Position numbers and translations under genes: made by a program. Under the pieces are notes generated by a model. That model worked only from the letters and a program-made list of their open reading frames with translations, did not search any database and had not been told where the DNA came from. This document shows, one piece after another, positions 1 through 13,359 of a stretch of 64,000 nt of DNA (within the stretch, counting starts at the first letter, position 1; every line of letters starts with the position of its first letter). Origin of the DNA: Lepidodermella squamata (taxonomy: Eukaryota > Animalia > Gastrotricha); NCBI GenBank assembly GCA_047495785.1, contig JBLDXI010000042.1:1054001-1118000 (forward strand), in the 5' to 3' direction.

Positions 1-3000
1 CAAATATCGAGAGAGATCCGTCAATTTGATCGAGCTAACTTATGCTGACTTTAGGCGCAAACCAATCTATTCAATTTTGATGGAGGAAGACATACAACGA
101 ACAGGGAATCCTTGGCAGATCCTCAGTCAACACGATCAAATCAAGTGTCTAACAGCCGAAGATATCAAAAACTCAACAAGTGACGTAGTAGTCGGGTTAA
201 AACGCGTTTTGGCTGCTTCTAAGGCAGGAATAAGGCTAATCGGCTGCCAGATACCTCATGAGAAGCTTTACCAAAGGAAAAAAGAGGTTTTGGATGGTTT
301 TCTTGGCAATGTCCATGGAATTTCTACAAATCCAGATGAATGTAAGCCTTTCTAAGAAGAAACGACTTGAAATTTCAGAACTGTCGTTATTCCAGCTCTT
401 TTGGTTGTAACCGGAACGGCTGATGTAGGAAAAACTTGCTTTGTAGTCAACATATTGCGAGATCCAGCTCAACTAGACTATTTTTCATCGAAATGTGGTT
501 TGAAAGCTGCATTTTGGATCGACTGCATCAAGTTTCGCTATGACTTCGACCAGTTTTCTATCGACAGGTTCAAGCAACGATTAGATGCGTTAGTCAAGTC
601 GCAGCATCCTGAAATTGAGACTTTGCCAGTTGGCGGGCCAGATGGTACCTCATACGACTGCCTTTTCGTTTTTGATAACGTGTTCAATGCTCAAATTCTG
701 CAAGTCATTCATGAACATTGCAGTTCACATCTATGGCCAACGATTGTGATCATTCGAGAGGAAAACTTGGATGAGATTCAAATCAAAGCGAGAAAAATTC
801 GGCACCGAAAATTTGAGGTTTCAGCTTTTACAGAACAAGATATTAATGACATGCTACTGGAAACGTTCGAACTAAGGAAGTACAACCTTGATCAACAAGA
901 AATACGGAATATTGCGAAATCTTGCGCTGGAAATCCAAGAAAAGCAGTTCAAGCTGCAAAAATTCTCCGAGCTGAAGGTACGGGTCTAGTTAATCCCATA
1001 TTTCTACAAAAAGTATGATTCTAGGTGAGCAAATTTCGATCTCATGCTGTTTGAAACGAACAAGTAAGGTCGACCCTCTATCGGAATGTTATCCCGAAAT
1101 CCAGCAAAAGTCGACACTTGAAGTTATAAAAACTGAGCCTGATACCAGCTCGCATTCGGCATTCCCAGCTCGAAGCAACGTATACTATAAAAGAAAAGAA
1201 GATTCAGTTTTCCAAGCCGGATTGATAGCGGTATGTGAAGCTGAGGCCGATCATACGCTCTGTGTTAGTGGCTCGGCTGGGTCCGGGAAAAGCTGCCTAG
1301 TCTCAACAAATCTACGCCAAAAAGCGATGGTTGAGATCCTCAAAGACCGATTCAAGATCCATGTTGCGATTTGGGTCGATTGCTACAGATGGAGGAAAGG
1401 CGTGACAAATCGAGACGAAGTGTTCGAGTTCAGCCAAACCGTACTGAATCTGCTTAAATCGAAATTCCGCGTTCAATCTATGGAAGAAATCTACTCGGTC
1501 GCGAAATTCATTCAAGTCGTGAAAAACGAATTAGGGCAACGAATCTTGTTCATTTTCGACAATTTTCAACATTCAACGATTTTGGAAATGTTCCGGAAGT
1601 ACCTTGAGGTCCAATCGCCCTGCATTGTGATATCTGAGCCTGGGAATGAGCCGAATAGTAACATTATCGAAATCGGGAAATTGCCTGAGGAGGTCGTTGT
1701 AGACCATCTCCAGACAAGTTGTGAGTTGAAAGACCGGCTTAGTTTCGAAGAGCTCTCCGAAGCAGCGAAATTGAGCGATGGTTCATTCGTGGCAGCTTCC
1801 CTTCTCGGAGGCCAACTTACTCACCAGAAGAGAATCCTTGCGAGAACTGAGCTAAAATCGATGTTAACCTCAGAAATCAATCAATCGACTGTAGAGGCAT
1901 TGGATGGAGCTGAGAAACGGAAGTTTTTTACTTTCCTCCTGTTCAACCCTGGGACGTCACTCCTAACAACAGATCTTGCCAAGCTTTGGGGCTTAGCAAA
2001 GGAATCTGAGGCTTTATACACCCTACTCTCGTTTGAAATGAACGGATTGGTCCGACGTGATTGTTCGGCTAAACTCAGCTTTCAGATTCACCAAATCATA
2101 TTCGACTCAGCTTTCATATGTGCGAAGGAGTTCTACAAACTGCCAAACCAAGCGACTAGTCTCTCTGACATGAGGCTATGCATCATGTCAGACCTTATGC
2201 CGAATATGAAGAGCCTCGAAGACGCTTGTCCTGATTTCGGAGAAAGTCTCGCGTTGAGGATAGGCCTTTTCCTATACAAAGCTGTAGCTCTGGATCTTTC
2301 TGAGCTTCTGAAAGCGATTTTCCAGAATTTCGAACCAGGTGACTTTCGGTACGTCGCTAGGTCGAAATTCGACCAAATTTTCTCGAATCGAGGCGCGAAA
2401 TTGCAGGGATCAGATCACGGCTGGACTGCCTTGATGATAGCTGCAAGGTATGCCGATTCAGACCTCGTTGATTTGTTATTCCGTCTATGCCCTGAATCGA
2501 TCGAAATCCAAGAATCGATCGACGGCTACACCGCACTCAATCTAGCAGCAATCTCTGGGAAATTGGACGTTGTCCAATATTTACTTAACGAATATCCTCA
2601 GGCACTAACGATTTCCGATAAAATCGACATGAATCCGCTGTCTTGGGCAGTTGCTCACGACCATCAAGAGGTGATCCGTTACTTGGTCGAAAAGTGGCCG
2701 AAGGATTCGAAAATTTCCGACGCTAGAGGCCGAACGCCACTATCAATCGCTGCGAAAAACGGCAATATCAAAGCTGCAAAGTTGATTATGGAAAAATGGC
2801 AGCAGATGTCCCAGGATCCAGGTCAAATTGTTGAGTTCGAAACGAAACGCACCCCACTTCATTGGGCGGCTGAAAACGGCGATTTAGGCCTGGTTATCTT
2901 CCTATCTGAGAAGTCGACCCTGTCTATTGATATGAAAGACTCGCTGGGTAGGAATCCGTTCATGCTAGCGACGATTCAGGGCCACTTACAGGTTGTTAAG

Positions 3001-3438
3001 CAGCTCAATCAAATATCGCCGTATACAGTCAATGAGCCGGATTACAAGGGAAGATGGCCGATATCCTATGCTGCTGAGAAGGGGTACTTCGAAATTGCTG
3101 ACGCTTTGACCAGAATGTACCCGGATGATATTGATCGGTGTGATGATGATGAGAAGCGAACTGCGATTTCGTATGCTGCCGAGAACGGCCATCTCGCTGT
3201 TTTGAGGTGTTTGGTTGGGAAATCGAGTAATGGATTGAATGTTAGGTCAAGGGATGATATGACGCCTTTGATGTTTGCGGCAAGAGCTGGTCATTTCAAT
3301 GTAGTTCAGTATCTTGCTGAGTATTGGCCGAATTGCGTGGATTTGCGGGATGAGAGGGGCCGGCAAGCTATTGATTTCGCGAGACTGAATAGCCATAACG
3401 ATATTGTGACTTACTTTTCCAAATTCAACTCCATATGA
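1..3438 (+). CDS. Tandem STAND (NB-ARC/Apaf-1-like) NTPase x2 plus C-terminal ankyrin repeats; 5'-partial; introns 342-395 and 978-1024
   Basis: GT-AG introns join ORFs 26-355, 401-1018 and 1015-3438 in frame. There are two Walker A motifs (GTADVGKT, GSAGSGKS), two Walker B motifs (LFVFDN, LFIFDN), a GxP-like motif (CAGNP), a WHD/MHD-like motif (LAKLWG...FQIHQ) and about 10 ankyrin repeats (TPLHWAAENG etc.). Confidence 0.85.
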
Positions 3439-3591
3439 AGGTTTCTCATAGAAATAAAAATAGTTGACGGTGGTGGAACCTGTTCCCCGTCTCGAAATCC
3501 CGAAGCCTACCCCACGCACTTGAAAATTAGCCATATAAAATGTTAACATAAAAATTTCGCATGCATATCAAAATTCATCACTCGTGAGAAA

Positions 3592-5878
3592 ATGACCGCT
3601 CTAAGCTTTTTCCTTATTTTAGCAGGATTTCTGAGGTTGACCTGGGCTGAGAAGACAAAGCCCCTCAAAATTGTAACATTCGCTCAAATAACGAGCGCTA
3701 ATACTGTTGCGAACGTTGCAATGTCCGACTACTGCGTCGCATCGTACCAAATCGCTGTAGCCGCCGCGAATGACGACCCGCGCATTCTCCCCGGCTACAA
3801 AATCGAACTGGAGATCTACGACGAAGGCATCGCTGCGGCGAATACTACGAAAGCTCTGCTACAAGCCAGTGAAACTTACGAAGGAACACTTGCTCCGGTG
3901 ATTGTTGGGCAGGTTGTTAATTGCCACATTCTACAACCGATCGTTAAGCAACTGAGAATGCTTCAAAATTCCTACAGTTGCGGTTCTATCGGCCTGAGCT
4001 ACCCCAGGTCTAGCTACAACGCTTTGTATCGAATGGTTGGGCCGATTGAGAGCGACTACTTAACGTTCCTCAAGTTTGTAGTTGAAATCGGAAAATGGCG
4101 CCAAATCGGCTTGGTTTCAACATTTTCATCCCTCGACGCCGCCTTAGTGAGGTCAATCGTTAAGCATGCATCTAACAACAACGTCTCTGTGGTCTCGATC
4201 ATAGCGGATGAAGACTTCACTAAACTTGATTTCGCTCACGAAATGCTGGCGAGTGATGCTAGAATTTTTGTTTTCGCTGTAGCAAGTCCTTTAGGGAAAT
4301 TCGCGGCTCGTTTTGCTTGCCAGGTCTACAAGGTCGGAATACGGGGGCCGAATTATGCGTTCCTTACCCTATACACCTCTTTTCACTCGGTTGATATTAA
4401 GGACCTTCTTCCGTCGGAATGTACCTCGCTTGATGTAGTCAGGGCTCAGGCGAAGATAACAATTTTCTTCGGCCTAACGCGAATTTTCGGCGATGCCCCT
4501 GTTCGGAATTCAAGTCTCGGCTACGGTTCAGTTGAGTTCGAGCGCCGCTTGAAGGTTGCGATCGGTAATCGAACTTCATCGGACTATTTATCCCGATTGT
4601 TTTGCCACGACGCAATGATGGCAGCTATTTTGATATTGAATTCGGCCGAGACCAAACTTAAAAGGTCCAATCTAACATTGAGTGACTGGAAAATGCACCC
4701 TGATGTTGTTCAGCAAGTTGTGAACTCATCCGCAGCCGAGCTTGATATTGTAACTCTGAAATCTGGGCGAATTTTCTATTCGAGCCGGTTGGAAATTGAA
4801 AATCAGCCGATTACGGTTTCAATAAGCACGAGCCTTTCTGAAACCCGCCATTTTTACTCGATCAATACTTTGAACGCAAAAAATGGCACACTATCCCTAT
4901 CGAACTTCGCCATCGAACCTTTGCAGAGCGCCAAGGCTATGTGGACTACTCCGAGTGGCAACCCACCTAAAGATCTGTCAAACGTGATGTATCTACGATC
5001 TACGAATGAAAATGTCCGAAGTCGCAACCTACAGTCTAATTTCAGTGGTCGTAGCTATTTCGGTCTTTCAGCTGGTTGCGTGTCCCTTTTCGAGAATTAG
5101 CCGTAGCAACACGTTTTTCGATAAGACTGGCGCGAGTTTTGTCGCTCTAGGTTGTTTTTTGCTCAACGCAGCTGTGGTAACCCAATCTGTTGAGAATGTC
5201 CCCTGCTTCGTGATCGTAACTCTACCCATCCTTGGCTTAACCCTGATCAATGCGACGATACTGTCTCGGACTTTGACATTTCAACCTCATATTCGTTTCG
5301 GATCTATAGATCGGATCTCAACCACGAGCAGGGTGAGCAGTGCGAGAAGCTCGTCGATAAGAAGAGGCAGCCGTTTGAAAAATCAGAGAAAGTTATCTCC
5401 AACCGAGGTTTCATGGTTCACTAGTGTTGTTGTAGCTTCGTCGGTGTTTCTTTTTGGATTATTGTTGGTTTTATGGCTTGTTTTGATCGACCCTCTTCAG
5501 TCTAAGATAATCACGAGCGAAATACAGTTCAACAATGACTTGGATTCTTATTTCGTTGCCGAGACGCCAGTTTGCACCGGGGTTGATTTCGAGTTCTGGA
5601 TCGGAGGTTTTCTTGGCATCAATCTTCTGATTTTGGTCCTTGGCTTATTTTTCGCGTTTGAGGTTAAATCAATAGCGAAGCCTGCCGAGTACAAATGGGA
5701 CATTGCCACGTATCAAATCGCGACGATAAATAGCTTAGCCGTAATGTGTGCTTCGACTCTCATTGTTGTAGCAATCCCGTCTTGGCTTGGCAAATTGCTG
5801 GTTGTATCGATCAGTGAAATCATTCACTCTACGACATCATTCTTGATAGTTTTCTCGGCAGTGCTGTTACGGAAGTGA
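3592..5878 (+). pseudogene. Intronless class C GPCR (GABA-B-like Venus flytrap + 7TM), frameshifted by a 7-bp tandem duplication at 4991-5004
   Basis: ORF 3592-5100 has a signal peptide and a periplasmic-binding-protein-like ectodomain (ANDDPRILPGYKIEL). ORF 5006-5878 has seven hydrophobic helices, with W...DP after TM4 and an ECL2 Cys. Removing one copy of ATCTACG fuses the two ORFs. Confidence 0.75.
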
Positions 5879-5944
5879 TAACTTATTCTATTGTATGAAT
5901 CAATAAAATTCGAACTTAAGTTCCTTTTAGAACATCTGATGTTT

Positions 5945-7075
5945 TATTCTCCGAAGGAGGAGGGAAAGATAGAGGATAGTTTATCTCGTGAGATTCAAAA
6001 CATCTACAATAGGCGAATTCGATCTTGCAACTTTAATACTGTCACAATCCCAACAATTGTTAAGGCCCAGCTGATCGAGATGCTACTTCCTGTCGCAAAC
6101 AACACTGGAACTCCTGTTAAATTGAGAGACTTGGATCATTAAAAAATCGTGTTCAAACACAACTTACTTCCACATCGGTAAGAAACAGGGTTCGAACTGC
6201 ATTGGATACATAAATTCGGCCTAGAGCAAACGCGCTCGAGCGTAGAGTTTGGGTTACATTGTCCGCCTTCAGGTAACATAGGAGCTGTAACAACGTGAAG
6301 AAAATTTTACACAGGACTAGATCTTTAACTTTAGACAAACTTTTATCATTAATACAGACTTTCCTAGTTGTATTGATCGTAGTTTGATACTCGACAACTT
6401 TATAGCCTGTTTTGCATAGGCACTTGCCGCCGTAGCATACAGAATTATCCACGTATTGGCATTCCTCATCCGAGGAACAAGAATCTTCGTAGAGCCGTTC
6501 GACGCATTCGATAGAATCGTTAGAAAGCTTGAGGCCACCAAAGCACACGCATTTGTTCTCTAAACAGCTCATCTTATAGTAACACTGCGTCGAATCGTAG
6601 CAGAGTTCGTTGTATTTAACAGAGGCAAATTTCGATATGCAATCGTTGCCTTTCGGGCCGATTTTCGTCAACGAGTTGCACTGACAGAATTTGTCGAGGC
6701 ACATCGCGTTTTCCGTGACGCATTTGTCAGACGGCGTGCACCTGCCGAGGAGTTTAACTTTTCGACGGCATTGGTTTGTAGCAGTGTCGAAGATGAACCC
6801 TGGCATGCATTGGCACGTCCCGGCGCCGCATGCTGGCGACAGGATTTGGCAGAACTGGCGAGAGTCTTGGCAGTCTTTGTTACCGAGGCATCGCTCGCCG
6901 TAGCCGGATACGATTTCCAAAAAGGTAAGATGAACCGCTAAGGTGTATGCCTATAAAATAAGCCTCAAACTATCAAAATAATGCAGTTTCAAATAATAGT
7001 TTCATACTTGGAATTTTTCTATAATTTTTTGGAATTTTCTAGAATTTATCAACGTACCAATTGAAGCCACACCAT
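5945..7075 (-). CDS. Secreted Cys-rich protein with tandem EB/EGF-like modules; multi-exon, 3' end approximate
   Basis: ATG at 7075 splices to ORF 6153-6920, giving a signal peptide (MVWLQLAYTLAVHLTFLEIVSG). Repeats of the form C..D.QC.....C....C.C..G follow. Confidence 0.7.
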
Positions 7076-8388
7076 AGAAAGTGATCAAGCAGCAGTGTTT
7101 TGTTATAGGAAATCTCAAGTTATTGTTTGTTTAACGGCCTTATGCTACTGTATCATTTCGCATAAACATTTTTTCGAGTATGCACCTCGCTGCATTGATG
7201 CGTACACAGCACCCGTGGGTAAACAACGGAAAAAATACTTAATTATTTTCCCATTAGTTTTTTTCGCTTGGTATTTTTTGTTGTTTACAAATGCGTCGCT
7301 ATGTGTTGCGTTGATGAAAACAATGAAGCGACGAATAACTGGAGAAGGCAATTAGTCTAACATGATAAAATGACTGAGATGATGACACCATAGTATGACA
7401 AGTGAAATTCGAACTAATTTATTCGAAACATGGCTAAGTTTTAACCACAAAATTATATTAAATTAAAGTAAATAAATATTTTTTTTAGGAGCTTCCAAAT
7501 TCGTGAAATTTGAGTAAAATGCGAAAGAAGGAGGAGCCCTAAGAAACAAACGTAGCATGAAGCCTGAGACTTGGGTTGAAAGGAAAGGTCCCAGAAAGGT
7601 CCCAGAAAGGATAGGTGGAAAGGATAGGAATGCCAACAATTGAAACCGATTTTACAAATTCGGTATGAAAATTGAATTATAAAGCGACAAGTTGAATTTC
7701 TTGTGATCATTAAAGCTTGTGTTTCTGGGGCAGACCGTCAAACCAGCAAATAGCCAAAAAGGCAAATGCGACATAACAGCAGAAACACGATGCATCGTTT
7801 ACATAGAAAGGTTTTTGCTGTTTTGTCGCGAAATATAAAAATTTCTGCTTCGTCGCATTAGCTGTTCTGCAAAGTTGCTGTATTGTCGCCGTACCTGGGT
7901 AGTCTAAAACTATAAGTTAAAAGAAAGCCAACAGAAACTTGTGAAACGTTTTCTGAAGGTTTAGGTTTTATTAGGTTTAAAAGAGCAGATCCGAAAAATC
8001 TGAAAACTTTAATCCAGGATTTTTTTATTTTTTTTTTCAAAAATATGAAATGAACTATGATATAGCAAAATCCTATTTTAGAGAAATCAGAAGGAATACA
8101 GATGCGTGATAGTTTTCTGAAGTGTAACACCCTGGATTAGTTAGGAAAAAAGCACTTACCTAGTTGGTTTAAAACCGGATGATTAAGTGCATTCGGTAAA
8201 AACCCGAAGCTTATCAAAGTTTTGGTAAATTACTTGATTATTACAAAAACAAACAACTTGTTTATGGCACGCGAGCCACAAACAAAAACAATACAAATTA
8301 ACCCACGAGGGCAGTTACACTTAAGCACGCCACCAAAAGGGTTTTCCCATACACGCATTACTTCTTAAATTTTAACTATCTACTAAAA

Positions 8389-8601
8389 ATGCTGTCAATG
8401 AAGTTTTCGGCGATTGCTGTGGTACTGGCTGCGATTTTCTGTGTTATTCTCGCTCAAGAGCAGACGAATATCATCAACGAAAGGGAGTACTGCGCGTCAA
8501 CGGGCGGCAGGTACTGCGTCCAACTTCACACCTGCATGATGCCCGATGTCTACGCCGTTCGCTGCCGAGAATCTGGAATCAAATGGTTCACATGGAACTG
8601 A
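8389..8601 (+). CDS. Small secreted 4-cysteine peptide (70 aa), orphan
   Basis: Clear signal peptide (MKFSAIAVVLAAIFCVILA), four Cys in the mature part, AAAA-ATG start context and AATAAA about 60 nt downstream. Confidence 0.65.
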   Translation: MLSMKFSAIAVVLAAIFCVILAQEQTNIINEREYCASTGGRYCVQLHTCMMPDVYAVRCRESGIKWFTWN

Positions 8602-8828
8602 GAAGCAAGCCTCTCTTAAACCCTGCAAACCTCAAGTCTATTTACATTTGATATCTGATATCAATAAAACTTGTTTTTGACCCAATTATACTAAGACTTT
8701 TGCGGTGTAGTATTTTCTATTGCGCTGAGGTCTAATCTTGACTCTCTTTATCAACGGTAAACAATGCGCAGTGGAAAATAGCGCACAAGTCAACAATGGA
8801 ATGTGCCAATGTGAGCCAGAAATGAACA

Positions 8829-10823
8829 ATGGCCACGATCTCCTTTGCAGCTCTTTCGGCTACAATTGTAATCTGTGCTGTTGGAAATCCTTTCCCAGAA
8901 CAGCACAATGAAGTAACAGGGCTTGCGAGGAACTGCCGAGTTGAATTCTCTCCTCTACAGCTTCAAACCTTGGTGAACGATTCCTCAAGACAACCAAAGC
9001 TCCAAAACCGCGGTCGAGTTGCTATTTTACCTTCACGTTGGAAATTTCCAATAAAATATGCATTTGCACTCAAGAATTTCGGTAATTAGGTTTTATTTTC
9101 CAATCTTCATCAGTTAATCTTATAAAGTGTTAATTAAGATTCCGATGAGCGAAAAATCATCCGTCAAGGGATCGAAATGTGGTCACAAGACACTTGCATC
9201 AGATTTCGCGAGGTGGAATTCGAAGATTTGTCTGGGAACGGGTTCGTCCTCACGAGATCGATTGATAATACCTGCTCAGCCGGTGTTGGCATGGATTTCG
9301 ACACTGAACCGCAGGTGATCAAACTAGGAACAGCATGTCTCGCAGTAACTTGAGCATCACCTCAAAATGATTTTCTGAAAATTTATCATTCATAGCCTGG
9401 AATCGTTGCCCATGAGGTTGGACATCTTTTAGGATTGGTTAGTGTTTATTTGTTTTTTTTTTACAAATTTCACCTAATTTTTCTGATTGTAGAATCATGA
9501 GCACATGCGGCCTGACCGAGCGAAATATGTCAAAATCCATTGGGCTAACATTTTGTAAATTTTCCCCGATTTCTCTAACAACTATTTTCGAGTTTTTCTA
9601 TTAGGGATAGCTTAGCCTTTTCGCAATTTTTGGTTCTTGGGACGTACGAAGAGCACAACTACGGCGCGCCTTACGATTACCAATCAATCATGCATTACCC
9701 ATCAACGGCCCTTTCTTCAAATTCCAGCGCTAAAATAAGGACAATAACACCACTGGATATGAGGTTTCTCACGTCAATGGGCCAACGAATAGCTCCTTCA
9801 TTTCTAGACATAAAACGACTGAATAATCACTACTCCTGCCCATGTATGTCTTTTGATCGCATTTCCTGGTAATTTCATGCCTTTTTCTTCGTTTTAAGTG
9901 TCTTGTACTCCGGGAGATTTGCCTCAGCTTTGCCAAAATGGTGGCTATCAGGATCCAAATGATTGCGGGAAATGTATATGTCCGCCTGGCTTCGGTGGCC
10001 AGTTCTGCACTGATATTCCTGAGTCTAAAGGAGGCGGCGCATGTGGCGGCTACGTCCCACTGAAATCAGGCAAATCAATACAGCTTACATCTTCAAATGA
10101 CCCGAATAAATATCCTGTAAAGTCTGAATGCACGTGGTGGCTAGAAGCTGTAAGTTTGAGATTTGAGAATAAAATTTCAAAAAATTTTAAGATATAAATC
10201 TTACTTAATTCCTCAATTAGCCAACCAAGAGCACTTTAGTCTTCGGATTTTCAGCAAGACCTGATTTGCCATGCAACGATAGTAAGGCCTTTTAGGCATT
10301 TAGAATTGTTCAAAATGTTGTTTTAGACGATTTTTGCAACGATTATGTCGAGATCCGATCATTCAACAATCCTATAGCAAACGGACCCAGGTAAAACTAC
10401 CCATTGCAATATTTTTCTTGATTTTCTAGAAATTTTCAAAGATTCTGTTCCTGTGGAGTTTCGAGTGGGAAATTCGTTGAAATGGCCAGCAATAGAGCTG
10501 TTGTTATTTTCAAATCAAACTACGACAGGATGGATTCATTCACCGGGTTCAACCTCACTATCCAAGCTTCCTGCGGTGAAATCCGAGACGACGCGGATTG
10601 CAAGTTGACGGATACCGGTTTCGACTATTCAGGGCCAAGATCAACAACGATAAGTGGAGAGCCCTGTTCAAATTGGTCGGAACAAACTGAATTTCAACCT
10701 GTTGACTTTGCGAATGGTGTTATGCCTCTTAACCAGTGCCGAAATCCTAATAGCGACATTGCGCCGTGGTGTTATGTAGCAAACGGCACCCGAGAATTTT
10801 GTGACGGAATACTTTATTGTTGA
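8829..10823 (+). CDS. Astacin (M12A) metalloprotease with EGF, CUB and kringle domains; multi-exon
   Basis: Spliced zinc motif HEVGHLLGLNHEHMRPDR and Met-turn SIMHY. These are followed by EGF (CQNGGYQDPNDCGKCICPPGFGG), CUB (YPVKSECTW...DYVEIR...GFNLT) and kringle (YSG...TISGEPCSNW...NQCRNP...PWCY). Confidence 0.9.
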
Positions 10824-11067
10824 AAAAATAAAAAGTGTGTCATTTTCGCCACGTCGTAAATATGTGCGCATCTTCTAGTGCTTATTTTATTGGCAATTTA
10901 AGAGTAAAAAATATTAAATTATATGCTATTTTGTGATATTGATACGTGGACAGGCGGTGGACATCTCTTGGGACGCAATTTTCAGTATTTTGCAGTTGAA
11001 TCAATAACACAGAGCTGTCAACTATTTTTCTTCCAGTTCATTCTTTTTACGCGCTATTTTGCCACCT

Positions 11068-13359
11068 ATGAGTCGATTATTCGTATGCCTCACGATTTTT
11101 GCCGCGAAATGTCTTGGTACGCTGGTCGACTACAACATTCCACGCGCTCCTTCAAAAGAGATTCCAGGTAAATTTTTTGAAAAATTCTGAAACTGTTCAC
11201 CTCGGTTTTCTAAGGTTTGGATAACATTATTTTGCGAAATGAGACGAAAGATTGGGATTTGTTGCCTTATGGCTCGAATGAAACAAATTCCGAGGCTAAG
11301 AATAAGCCAGCTTTCACGCACGATGCAACTCACGATTTATCCGCGAATTCGAAATCTGGAATTTCTGGAATTTCTAGCCCGAATTACACTGATGAACAAA
11401 TGCTGCGGATGTATTTGTTCCGGAAATATGAAAGCGCGGCTCGGCCGGTTAAGAAGAAAAACCAGCGCGTTCTGGTTGGGATAAGCTTGTCAATCAATCA
11501 AATTTTCGAGCTAGATGAGCGGAATGAAGTTTTGATTACGAACGCTTGGCTCGACCAGGAATGGCGCGATCATTACATGGTTTGGAAGCCGGAAAAATTC
11601 GCGTAATTCTTGAAAAATCTAACTAGGAAATTTGGTTTAATACACCCGTCTGCAGTGGGATCACAGTAATGCGCCTGCCTTCTTCAAAGTTATGGCTTCC
11701 GGATATTTTGCTCTACAACAAGTTAGTTTCGATGCTAATGTTGGTTCTTCGTCGCTAAGATGATGCATTATTCTAGCGCCGCTGAATTTTCGAACAAGGT
11801 GTTGGAAATGCGAGCTATGGTGGCTTATGATGGCTCCGTGTTTTGGTCCACGCCTATGAAGCTCTTCAGCAGCTGCAAGGTCGACGTCAAGGTTAGAAAT
11901 TATATTCAAGATTTTACTACTTTCGAGAATTTCGAGGTTCAATTTAGGTTGAATTCCCAAGTTTTTTCTCTAGGTCATGCTTTTTCTATAAAAAAAATGA
12001 GACATTTTGAATTCATGAAATCCAGTTGGAACGTGCATTTGGCCCTGCTTCACATTTTTTTCTTATTTTTTCTCTTTATGTTCCGGCAGTATTTTCCATT
12101 CGACGATCAAGTCGTAAGTTGTCTGGAAAATTTTCCTATTGAACTGTTTTTCATCTATTCCTTACAAAAATGCCCGATTTAGTGCAAGATGAAATTCGGC
12201 AGCTGGACGTACGGTAATTGGAGAAATTTCGTTAATAATTTACCAAGATTCTAGAGTAATTGCTTCCAGATCGGTCTAAGCTTGATTTGATAAACCGAAC
12301 TGACAACATCGATCTCTCGTATTACATTCCTAACGGGGAATGGGAGGTTATCAGCACTGAACAGGTATTATCGAACCGGCCCTAAAGTCTAAGTTAAGTC
12401 AAATTTTTTCCTACCAGCATCGCCATGTGATCAAATATTCATGCTGCCCCGAACCGTATACGGTAAGAAAGCGAATTTTTGTCCTGATTTTAAACAGTGT
12501 CATATCTCCTTTTGAATAGGATTTCACTTTCTACGTAAGGCAATTGTAAACAAGATGGTCAAATTGAAATATTTGAAATTCAAGATTCACATCAAACGAA
12601 AAACAGTGCTATACAACACGTTTTTCCTATTCTTCCGTGAGTTAACCTTAATTTTCCTCTTAAAATTCCATATTTTCTCATTCAGTTATGTCTGTTCTGA
12701 CCCTCCTGGTATTCCTTTTGCCGCCAGACTCGAACGAAAAATGCGCCGTGAGTCATTTTTGAAAAATGATGGCTTTTAAGCCTCGACACTCTTTTTCAGT
12801 TGGGAATCACAATCATGCTTGGATATGCAGTTTTTATGTAAATTTATTTTTGCAAAAAAATCAGGAAAATTGTAATAATACTTATTGTAAGGCTCGGAGT
12901 CATAGCTAAGCTGCCTGAGACTTCGGAATCGATTCCTTTGATAAGTAACGATTTTACATCATTTCGAGATCCAATCTCCATTTTTTGGCTATAGGCATCT
13001 ACCTATGCGTTATCATGTCCCTCGCTGCTACTTCCGTGATTTTAACCATCGTTATTCTCGTAATGCATTACCGCCCTATTACGAGCGCCCCGTTGCCCAA
13101 AACGGTCCAAAAAATCGTCGATAAATTCTCGTTCGTCCTTTGCCACGACAAATACAGAGAAGAGGCCTTTCCCACTACTCCCAAGCCTCTATCGCCTGTC
13201 TATTCGCCGAAGAAGAGATCGAGCCGAAAATCTCGAGTTCCAGGCCATAAAAGGACCCGTTTGACAGTCACGTTTGCTCTGGATAACGAAGAGAATGAAA
13301 CGCTAAGCATTGAGACGCGGAAGTTCGGTAGCACAGCTTCTTGCATGTTTGAATGTTAA
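11068..13359 (+). CDS. Nicotinic acetylcholine receptor alpha-type subunit; many short exons; no M4 helix found
   Basis: Spliced motifs RPV, DERNE...W.D, WLPDILLYN, Cys-loop CKVDVKYFPFDDQVC, GSWTY, vicinal YSCCPEPY, LPPDSNEK-M2 and M3. The frame then stops at 13359 without M4. Confidence 0.85.

Noticed and set aside
7095-8130. Several short hydrophobic ORFs
   Set aside because: AT-rich intergenic composition, no motifs and no splice support.
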